DNA from: an uncultured Sphingobacteriaceae bacterium
GTDB lineage: Bacteria > Bacteroidota > Bacteroidia > Sphingobacteriales > Sphingobacteriaceae
DNA length: 64,000 nt
Direction: 5' to 3'
Assembly (NCBI GenBank): GCA_964244955.1
Contig: CAXTKQ010000001.1
Location: 28,265 to 92,264 of the forward strand
Positions 8,420-16,411 of the stretch are shown here, piece after piece. The position numbers were made by a program, and so were the translations under genes. Positions within the stretch are counted from its first letter, which is position 1, and each line of letters opens with the position of its first letter. The notes beneath the pieces were generated by a model that worked only from the letters and a program-made list of their open reading frames with translations, did not search any database and had not been told where the DNA came from.

Positions 8420-10189
8420 ATGGATTTTATTTTAGAAGCTGCCGTTCGCGCCGTAAAAACTTTGTTTGCTGTTGGTATCTCTGCGGAAAGCCTGAGCCTG
8501 CAGCAAACACGCAAAGAATTTGAAGGCGACGTAACTTTAGTTGTTTTTCCGCTGACAAAATTTTCCAAAAAACCACCGGAACAAACCGGAACTGCCATTG
8601 GCGAGTTTTTGGTAAATGAAGTGGAAGCAATTGAATCTTTCAACGTCATCAAAGGCTTCTTAAATTTATCCCTTAAAAACAGCTATTGGCCGGCTGTTTT
8701 TTACCAGCAGATCAACCAGCCCGGTTTCGGTTCTTTTTCCGCAAACGGAAAAAAAGTGATGGTGGAATATTCTTCGCCCAATACCAACAAACCCTTGCAT
8801 TTGGGCCATGTGCGTAATAATTTGCTGGGCTATTCCGTCGCCGAGATTTTAAAAGCGAATGGTTATGAAGTGATCAAAGCGAATTTGGTGAACGATCGCG
8901 GCATTCATATCTGTAAATCTATGCTGGCCTGGCAGAAGTTTGGCAACGGCGAAACGCCTGAAAGTTCGGGTTTGAAAGGCGATCATTTGGTGGGGAAATA
9001 TTATGTGATCTTCGATAAAGAATACAAAAAGCAGATCGAGGAACTGAAAAATCAGGGCGAAGCCGAAGACGAGGCCAAAAAAAATGCGCCATTAATCCGC
9101 GAAGCGCAGGAAATGCTGCAAAAATGGGAGCAGGGCGATGCGCAAGTGATTGCTTTGTGGAAGGAAATGAACGGCTGGGTTTATGCCGGTTTTGAGGAAA
9201 CGTATAAAAAGCTGGGTGTAGATTTTGACCAGTATTATTACGAATCGAATACGTATTTATTAGGGAAATCCATTATTGATGAAGGCTTGGAAAAAGGTGT
9301 TTTCTTTAAAAAGCCGGACGGTTCAGTCTGGATTGATTTAACGGCCGATGGTTTGGATGAAAAATTGGTTTTGCGTGCCGATGGAACTTCGGTTTACATG
9401 ACGCAGGATTTGGGAACGGCGCAGCTAAAATACGATGAATACCAAACCGACAAAGCCATTAATGTGGTGGGCAACGAGCAGGATTACCATTTTAAAGTGC
9501 TGTACCTGATCTTAAAAAAGTTAGGCAGAAGCTGGGCGCAAGGTTTGTACCATTTATCGTACGGTATGGTAGATTTGCCTTCCGGAAAAATGAAATCGCG
9601 TGAAGGAACGGTGGTGGATGCTGATGATTTGATTGCAGAAATGGAAGCCACCGCCAAAGCGCAAACCGATATTTTAGGAAAAGCAGCCTATTTCCCGGAA
9701 GTAGAAAAGCAGGATTTGTACCATACCATTGGCATGGGCGCGTTAAAATATTTCCTGTTGAAGGTGGAGCCTAAAAAACGCTTGCTGTTTGACCCGAACG
9801 AGTCTGTAGATTTTCAGGGAAACACCGGTCCGTTTATTCAATATACTTATGCCCGTATCCGATCGGTTTTGACCAAAGGCGGGTTTAATGCCGATACTGT
9901 TTTTATGCCTATAAAAACAGTATCGCCGGTAGAAAAAGATTTGATCGTGCAATTGGAGCAATATCCCACGGTTTTAACGGAAGCTGCCCAAGCTTACAGT
10001 CCCGCTGTCATCGCCAATTATGTTTACGAACTGGCCAAGCTATACAATAAATTTTACCATGAAGAAAGTATTTTGAAAGCGGAGGAAGAAGCGGTAAAGC
10101 AGTTTCGGTTGCAATTATCAGCAGTTTCGGCTGAAATCATTCAAAAAGCAATGCAATTATTAGGGATAAAAGTTCCTGAAAGGATGTAA
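8420..10189 (+). CDS. argS: Arginine--tRNA ligase
   Basis: 589 aa with the class I HIGH-type motif PLHLGHVRNN, the KMSKS-type motif GKMKSREG, and a C-terminal DALR-like anticodon-binding region. Confidence 0.95.
   Translation: MDFILEAAVRAVKTLFAVGISAESLSLQQTRKEFEGDVTLVVFPLTKFSKKPPEQTGTAIGEFLVNEVEAIESFNVIKGFLNLSLKNSYWPAVFYQQINQPGFGSFSANGKKVMVEYSSPNTNKPLHLGHVRNNLLGYSVAEILKANGYEVIKANLVNDRGIHICKSMLAWQKFGNGETPESSGLKGDHLVGKYYVIFDKEYKKQIEELKNQGEAEDEAKKNAPLIREAQEMLQKWEQGDAQVIALWKEMNGWVYAGFEETYKKLGVDFDQYYYESNTYLLGKSIIDEGLEKGVFFKKPDGSVWIDLTADGLDEKLVLRADGTSVYMTQDLGTAQLKYDEYQTDKAINVVGNEQDYHFKVLYLILKKLGRSWAQGLYHLSYGMVDLPSGKMKSREGTVVDADDLIAEMEATAKAQTDILGKAAYFPEVEKQDLYHTIGMGALKYFLLKVEPKKRLLFDPNESVDFQGNTGPFIQYTYARIRSVLTKGGFNADTVFMPIKTVSPVEKDLIVQLEQYPTVLTEAAQAYSPAVIANYVYELAKLYNKFYHEESILKAEEEAVKQFRLQLSAVSAEIIQKAMQLLGIKVPERM
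9893..9924. repeat. Perfect 14-bp-stem palindrome GATACTGTTTTTAT-gcct-ATAAAAACAGTATC inside argS
   Basis: Built from both orientations of the second over-represented 12-mer (9894..9905 and 9912..9923). Confidence 0.85.
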
Positions 10190-10445
10190 TAGTGTTGAAA
10201 TTGGTTTAAATAATCAACTTATTCTGGTTAATAATAGGAATCAGTTAAAATAGACACCTTATAAAGCTTTAATAGCTGAGATATTACTCTTTTTACCTAT
10301 ATTTTTTTGGTTTTGCGAACAGAAGTTTACTAATCAATTAGTTTTTGTACTAATTTGTAATTTTTTTATTAAATTTTTATTAAATCTTTGATTGCCCTCT
10401 TTTTTTCATATTTTCGAAGATTACTTTAACTAAATAAAATAAAGC

Positions 10446-13400
10446 ATGAAGCAAAAATTACTTATTTTTTTTCTGTTCGGTTTATTTGCATTAAGCAGTG
10501 CATTTGCGCAAAACAGAAAAATTACGGGAATGGTAACGGGGGCAGATGATGGCCAGCCGTTGCCGGGGGTGTCGGTTATGGTTCAAGGCACAAAAGTGGG
10601 TACGCTTACAGATGGAGATGGAAAGTTTACATTAAACGTACCCTCGAACAGCGGAACATTAGTTTTTACTTTTATTGGTTACGCTACCCAAAACTTAACA
10701 ATTGGTGGCGGCAATACTTACAATGTTAAGTTAGCAACCAGTACAAGGCAGTTAACAGAGGTTGTGGTCCAAGATGCTTATGGAAGACAAGATAAAAAAT
10801 CTTTTACAGGTTCTGCGTCAACTGTAGGAGGCGCACAAAATGAAAATAAGCCATTTTCCACTCCTCTTCAAGCTTTGCAAGGTGAAGTTGCGGGTTTAAA
10901 TGTTAGTTTAAACTCTGGTCAGCCAGGGGCAAACGTTCAAGTTCGTTTACGGGGGGTTGGTTCAATAGGTGCAGGATCGAATCCGTTATATGTAGTGGAT
11001 GGTATGTTCATTAATGCTGGCGATCTTTCAGCTCTTACAACTACTACAAACGTATTAGCTGGTATTAATGAAAACGATATTGAAAGTGTTACAGTTTTAA
11101 AGGATGCTGCAGCAACAGCTATCTACGGTTCAAGAGGATCTAATGGTGTTATTGTAATTACAACCAAAAGAGGTAAAGCTGGCAAAACACAAGTTAGGTT
11201 TGATGCAGAGGTTGGATCAACTTCCAATTTGAAAATACCTGATGCGGGAAGGCAACTTAATGGTGATCAATATGGTATGCTACTTCAGGAAGGTTTAACA
11301 AATGCAGGCTACAGTGCAAAATCAAACCCTACGTTGCAAAGTGTACTAACAGGTTATGGAATTGGTGGGCCTACTAACGACTGGTATAAATTAGTAACTC
11401 GGAAAGGTAAGCAAGAACAATATAATGTTTCAATTAACGGTGGTAATGAAAGCACTAAAATATTTTCTTCTCTTGGATATTTTAACCAAGAAGCAACAAC
11501 AGTTGCATCAAGTTTAAAAAGGTTTTCTGGTTTGTTAAATATCGACCACAACATAAGCAAAAGGATTACACTAAACAGCGGTATAAATGTTTCAAACGTA
11601 AATCAATATACACCTTCAAATGGTGGTGCTTTTGCAAGCCCGGTGTTGGCAAGTTATTTTTTACGTCCACAACAATTAGCGTATAATCCTGATGGTTCAT
11701 TAAATTCTTCACGAGTAGGAAATACAAATTTCCCAGATATTTATAATCCTTTGTATATAGCAGCTAATGATAAAAAATTTGACTCTCAGACCAGAGCTTT
11801 AGTTAGCGAACAGTTGAAGTGGAACATTTGGGACGAGTTGAAATTTACTACTTATGGCAGCATTGATTATAATTTAACTGAAGAACAAGTATACAATAAC
11901 CCTATTATGGGTGATGGAAGAACTTCTGGTGGTAGGGCTTATGATTATTCTACTAGATATTTCAACTGGCTTACAAGAAATCAGTTATCCTATCGCTATA
12001 ATGTAAAAGGGGTTGAAGATTTTTATATCGATGCCAATATCGGTTATGAGGCTCAACGTTCGCAAGGTTATTTTATCAGAACTAATTCTAATGGCTTTCC
12101 TGCAACCCAACCATTGTTAACTGCTTCAGTAAATGCATCAACTCCCGTTTTAGGCAATGCCACATTTAGTAATTACGCATTCGCTTCTATTTATTCTCTT
12201 GCTACAGTTAACTTTAAAAACCGTTACAGTTTAAGTGGTACTTTTAGAAGAGATGGTTCGTCGGTTTTTGGTGAAAATAATCGTTATGGTAACTTTTATT
12301 CAGTTGGAGGTGCATGGAATATTGACCAAGAAGACTTTTTTAAAGCACAAAATTCTGTGTCATCGTTAAAACTACGTGCTTCAACTGGTACAACAGGTAA
12401 TGCACAAGGTTTGGGTAACTATTCGGCAAGGCAAACGGCAGGTTATGGTGTAAATTATGCAGGTGCCAACGGGCAAAACTATAATACCGTTGGAAATCCA
12501 AGTTTAACCTGGGAGTCTGCACATAAAAACGACGTTGGCCTTGATATAGGTTTTTTTAGAGACCGCTTAACTTTAACAGTTGATTATTACAATAATAACA
12601 TTAACAAATTAATACAAGCGGCACCAATATCTTTAACTACTGGTTTTGGTACTATCACTGAAAATGTTGGGGCAATGAAAAACAGGGGTGAGGAAATATC
12701 CATAAAAGGAATTCCGATCAGAACTCATGATTTTATTTGGACCACTAATTTTAATATAGCATTTAATAAAAACACGGTTACCTCACTGGTTAACCATGCT
12801 TCTTATGTCAATTCTGTTTATCACGTTGTAGAAGGGGAGGATTACTATACTTATTATGCACGTGCTTATGCAGGAGTTGACCAAGCAAATGGTAATGCAC
12901 TTTGGTACACTGATGCTACAAGAACTGCTACTACAAGCGTTTATAATAATGCTGCACGTATAGATAAATACCAGGCAGATCCTAAATATTTTGGAGGCTT
13001 TAACAACAGTTTTAGTTTTAAAGGAATTACTTTGGCCGCAGATTTTTATTATAATTTTGGTAACAGGATTAGAGATAGTTGGAATAATTACTTGGTTGAT
13101 GGTAATAGCTATACTTTTAATAAATATACTTATGAACTTAACCGTTGGACTACACCAGGACAGGTAACCGATGTTCCTAAATACGTAGCAGGCGGTATTC
13201 CTGGCAATGCATCTAATTCATTTTCAACAAGGTTCTTATATTATGGTGACTATATCAGATTGAAAAATGTTAGTATCGGTTATGATTTTAAAAATATTAA
13301 TTATCTAAAAAAATATGGCATAACCAGATTGTATTTGTATGGCAGAGGAACTAATGTTTGGACTAAAACTTACGATAAACGTTTACCTTTTGATCCCGAA

Positions 13401-13502
13401 GTTGGTTTTAGTGGCGCAGGTAATGGTACATTGGAGGGACAAAGTAATTTGGAAATTCCTCAAGTCAAAACATTCACTATTGGTTTAAATATTGGATTAT
13501 AA
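10446..13502 (+). CDS. SusC/RagA-family TonB-dependent outer-membrane receptor
   Basis: Signal peptide, CarboxypepD_reg-like N-domain (ITGMVTGADDGQPLPGVSVMVQGT), a plug region (NPLYVVDGM...VLKDAAATAIYGSRGSNGVIVITTK), and a C-terminal beta-strand ending ..TIGLNIGL. Confidence 0.9.
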   Translation: MKQKLLIFFLFGLFALSSAFAQNRKITGMVTGADDGQPLPGVSVMVQGTKVGTLTDGDGKFTLNVPSNSGTLVFTFIGYATQNLTIGGGNTYNVKLATSTRQLTEVVVQDAYGRQDKKSFTGSASTVGGAQNENKPFSTPLQALQGEVAGLNVSLNSGQPGANVQVRLRGVGSIGAGSNPLYVVDGMFINAGDLSALTTTTNVLAGINENDIESVTVLKDAAATAIYGSRGSNGVIVITTKRGKAGKTQVRFDAEVGSTSNLKIPDAGRQLNGDQYGMLLQEGLTNAGYSAKSNPTLQSVLTGYGIGGPTNDWYKLVTRKGKQEQYNVSINGGNESTKIFSSLGYFNQEATTVASSLKRFSGLLNIDHNISKRITLNSGINVSNVNQYTPSNGGAFASPVLASYFLRPQQLAYNPDGSLNSSRVGNTNFPDIYNPLYIAANDKKFDSQTRALVSEQLKWNIWDELKFTTYGSIDYNLTEEQVYNNPIMGDGRTSGGRAYDYSTRYFNWLTRNQLSYRYNVKGVEDFYIDANIGYEAQRSQGYFIRTNSNGFPATQPLLTASVNASTPVLGNATFSNYAFASIYSLATVNFKNRYSLSGTFRRDGSSVFGENNRYGNFYSVGGAWNIDQEDFFKAQNSVSSLKLRASTGTTGNAQGLGNYSARQTAGYGVNYAGANGQNYNTVGNPSLTWESAHKNDVGLDIGFFRDRLTLTVDYYNNNINKLIQAAPISLTTGFGTITENVGAMKNRGEEISIKGIPIRTHDFIWTTNFNIAFNKNTVTSLVNHASYVNSVYHVVEGEDYYTYYARAYAGVDQANGNALWYTDATRTATTSVYNNAARIDKYQADPKYFGGFNNSFSFKGITLAADFYYNFGNRIRDSWNNYLVDGNSYTFNKYTYELNRWTTPGQVTDVPKYVAGGIPGNASNSFSTRFLYYGDYIRLKNVSIGYDFKNINYLKKYGITRLYLYGRGTNVWTKTYDKRLPFDPEVGFSGAGNGTLEGQSNLEIPQVKTFTIGLNIGL

Positions 13503-13513
13503 TAATTGTTAAA

Positions 13514-14953
13514 ATGAGAAATTTAAAATATATATATATAATACTTGCATTTGTTATTGGATTAACATCTTGCAAAAAGTCCTTTTTGGATGAAAAGCCG
13601 CCTTCTGCTGATCCTGTTACAGTAGCTATTAAAACAGAAAACGATTTGGCGGACGCTGTAAATGGCATGTATAATTCTATGCGTTCAACTAATTCGTTCG
13701 GGACTAATGTGCCTATTTTGGGCGATGAACTTGCAGACAATGCTTATGTGAGTTCGTCCAATTCTGGTTATTTCCAGGCTGAACAAAACTATCTTTTGCT
13801 TGCAGTGAATGCAGAAGCACAAAGCATTTATTCTCAATGTTATTATAGTATCCTGCAAGCTAATAGAATAATTTACGCTGCTAATACTTTGCCTTCCTCA
13901 AATAATGTTCTACAGCTCAAAGGAGAAGCTTACACATCAAGGGCTTTAAATTATTTAACACTGGTTAATTTTTTTGCGTCTCCTTATACTGCTAATCCTA
14001 ACGCCGCAGGTGTACCATTGGTTACAGCCCCAACAAATATTACAGGGCCGTTTTCAAAACCAGCCAGAGCTACGGTAGGTGCTGTTTACACAAAAATCAT
14101 CAGTGATTTAGATAGTGCTTATGCAATAATGCCTACTGGTTCTACCAGTTTACATGCAACCAATTCTAATTATATTGCAAAATATGCTGCTAAAGCGATC
14201 GAAGCGAGAGCTTACCTTTATAAAGGTGATTATGCTAATGCACGTGATGCTGCTTTGTTAGTCGTTCAAAATGGTGCTTACTCACTAACGCCATCTACAA
14301 GTTTAATTAGCTATTGGGCAAGCCCGGCAGCAGCAACTAATAAAGTTGAAACTATATTTGAACTTGCATTAAACTTAGCAACAAATAATGGAACGGGCGG
14401 GGTAGATTATTTTTATAATCAAGCTGGATATGGACAAAATTTAATATATCAAGATCTTTATAATCAATATTCCTCTACTGATGCACGAAGAAGTCTGTTT
14501 TTAACTAATAGTCAAACAAGAGGTTCTGTTATTGTATTAAACAAATATTCAAATACAACTAATACTGCAGATAAGGATGATATTAAAATAATCCGATATG
14601 CTGAAGTATTGTTAACATTAGCTGAAGGATATGCTCGTAGCGGAGATAATGTTAATGGCTTGTTATATCTAAATCAAGTTGTGCAAAAGCGCGATCCTTC
14701 CTTTGCAGGTTACACCTCAACTGGTACTCAGCTTGCAAATGATATTGTTGCAGAAAGAAGAAAGGAACTTGTAGGCGAAGGATTACGTTTGTTTGATCTT
14801 AACCGTTTACAATTACCTATAAATAGACCAACACAAAGCAATATTTACAGTACTTTACAAGTAATTCCATTTACAGATTACAGAAGGTTATTGCCTATAC
14901 CACAAGTTGAAGTTGATGCTAACCCAGCTACAACTCAAAACCCAGGTTATTAG
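13514..14953 (+). CDS. SusD/RagB-family nutrient-binding lipoprotein
   Basis: Lipobox LTSC. It lies immediately downstream of SusC and carries the C-terminal RYAEVLL..AE, ERRKEL..EG.R.FDL pattern. Confidence 0.9.
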   Translation: MRNLKYIYIILAFVIGLTSCKKSFLDEKPPSADPVTVAIKTENDLADAVNGMYNSMRSTNSFGTNVPILGDELADNAYVSSSNSGYFQAEQNYLLLAVNAEAQSIYSQCYYSILQANRIIYAANTLPSSNNVLQLKGEAYTSRALNYLTLVNFFASPYTANPNAAGVPLVTAPTNITGPFSKPARATVGAVYTKIISDLDSAYAIMPTGSTSLHATNSNYIAKYAAKAIEARAYLYKGDYANARDAALLVVQNGAYSLTPSTSLISYWASPAAATNKVETIFELALNLATNNGTGGVDYFYNQAGYGQNLIYQDLYNQYSSTDARRSLFLTNSQTRGSVIVLNKYSNTTNTADKDDIKIIRYAEVLLTLAEGYARSGDNVNGLLYLNQVVQKRDPSFAGYTSTGTQLANDIVAERRKELVGEGLRLFDLNRLQLPINRPTQSNIYSTLQVIPFTDYRRLLPIPQVEVDANPATTQNPGY

Positions 14954-14985
14954 TAGTAAGTTGTTTTACAACCACAATTAAACAA

Positions 14986-15019
14986 ACAGATAAGGCTTCT
15001 AACAAGAAGCCTTATCTGT
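14986..15019 (+). terminator. Hairpin after SusD (15-bp stem ACAGATAAGGCTTCT/AGAAGCCTTATCTGT, loop AACA)
   Basis: Perfect inverted repeat 33 nt after the stop codon, but with a weak T tract. Confidence 0.55.
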
Positions 15020-15244
15020 TATAAAAGATTTGATATAATTAGTTGGTACTGTTTCCAAATGTATGATGCCTATAAAAGCCAATAATATTTTTTCAAATTA
15101 CAACTTAAATTTAGCTGTAGAAATGAAAACACCTGTTCCGATTTTATCTGTTTTTTAAACCAAAAAAATTCATCATACATTTAGAAACACAACCAATTAG
15201 TTAAAACCTACATCTATAAGTAAAAAACACTTTGAAAATAATAT

Positions 15245-15910
15245 ATGAAAAAGTTCCTTTTCATCCTACTATTTACGTTGGTTTATGGAAATGTATTAAA
15301 GGCTCAATTTTATCTAAATAATTTAAATGGTACTGCTTTTAAAGAACAAAATTATACTGATGTTAAAGGTTCGCCTTATGTAGTTGATGATTGGTCTGTT
15401 GGTACTGTTCTAACTAGGAAAGGTACTTACAATAACATTAACTTAAAGTACAGTGAGCTTGATGATCAGCTTTTTTTTAAAGGTAAAGATCAAGAAATGA
15501 TGCAATTCGCGGATCAGGTTAAAGAATTCACCCTGTCTTATAAAAAAGATGATAAACAATTATTAGTTCATTATAGAAACGGCTATACCAATATTGCCGG
15601 AGTCAATAATAACACTTATTTCGAAATTTTAGCAGATGGGAAATTCCAATTGTTGAGGAAAGCTACTAAAAAGGTTAAACAAGAAATAACTTACGGCTCT
15701 ACAGAACCAAATAAAAGCTTTATAACAACGGTTAAATATTATATCGTAACTTCAGAGAAAGGTATTTTGATTAAAAAAGATAAAAAATCAATACTATCTG
15801 TTTTAGGGGACAAGGAAAGTCAATTAGAAGTTTACGCAAAAGCTAACAACATTGACTTTAAAAGTGATGAGGACTTAGCAAAGCTGATTAACTATTATAA
15901 CTCTATTTAG
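15245..15910 (+). CDS. Hypothetical secreted protein
   Basis: 221 aa with an N-terminal signal peptide (FILLFTLVYGNVLKAQ). It shares the low GC content of the adjacent SusC/D genes. Confidence 0.6.
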   Translation: MKKFLFILLFTLVYGNVLKAQFYLNNLNGTAFKEQNYTDVKGSPYVVDDWSVGTVLTRKGTYNNINLKYSELDDQLFFKGKDQEMMQFADQVKEFTLSYKKDDKQLLVHYRNGYTNIAGVNNNTYFEILADGKFQLLRKATKKVKQEITYGSTEPNKSFITTVKYYIVTSEKGILIKKDKKSILSVLGDKESQLEVYAKANNIDFKSDEDLAKLINYYNSI

Positions 15911-16053
15911 CTGGTTTATTATTGTATATGGTTAGTGAAATCGAAGTTATCAATGCAAATTAATATTTACCATTACAGCTTTCAATATTTCTTTTACCAA
16001 CTAAATTTAGTAAGTATTAAGGTTGTGTTACAAAATAAGATGTTTGTGCAAAA

Positions 16054-16082
16054 CGCTAAATTTATATGGATAAAAGAAGCAT
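16054..16082. repeat. Solo arm of the abundant repeat family
   Basis: ..CTAAATTTATATGGATAAAAGAAGCAT, with the exact 12-mer at 16071..16082. Confidence 0.75.
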
Positions 16083-16126
16083 GACAATTGAAGGCTACAG
16101 CCTCACAATTTAATTGGTACTTTTAC

Positions 16127-16165
16127 AAAGAAGGGCTAACTTTAAATTAAAGTTAGCCCTTCTTT
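16127..16165. terminator. Bidirectional hairpin AAAGAAGGGCTAACTTTAA/TTAAAGTTAGCCCTTCTTT
   Basis: Near-perfect 19-bp palindrome with an A tract and a T tract, between convergent genes. Confidence 0.7.
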
Positions 16166-16199
16166 ATTTTTCACTTAAATTGTTCTACCCATTCACCGC

Positions 16200-16307
16200 T
16201 CAATCTTCTACAGCAACTTCCTGTTTTCCATTTTTTGCATAAAAATTGTAAACCAGCTTAAAGTTAATCGGTAAAAGAAGCAAGGTTAAGATAAACCCAA
16301 AAGTAGA
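16200..16307 (-). pseudogene. Relic 3' end of a third CzcA/CusA-type RND pump gene
   Basis: The 35-codon frame STFGFILTLLLLPINFKLVYNFYAKNGKQEVAVED* aligns with the C-terminus of the RND2 protein (TSTILTLLLLPIIYKMVYSFMHKRENRK), and the nucleotide similarity is visible too. An in-frame stop lies directly upstream. Confidence 0.55.
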
Positions 16308-16411
16308 TTATCAGAACAGTAAGCGTTCTAATGTTTCTTAAAATAGTTAAGACTAATAGTAAAGCTTTTAAAGAGCAACATTTCTCTCCAGGATTAATTT
16401 ACACACCTATC

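Noticed and set aside
8236-8652. 138-aa minus-strand ORF spanning the ADI-fragment/argS intergenic region
   Set aside because: It overlaps the argS 5' end and the ADI N-terminal fragment in other frames and has no recognisable features. It was treated as spurious.
10190-16100. Calling the low-GC SusC/D cassette or the RM islet (45490..48113) a mobile element
   Set aside because: No integrase, transposase, tRNA target, direct-repeat borders or conjugation genes are visible. Only compositional evidence exists, so these are reported as findings and not as mobile_element features.
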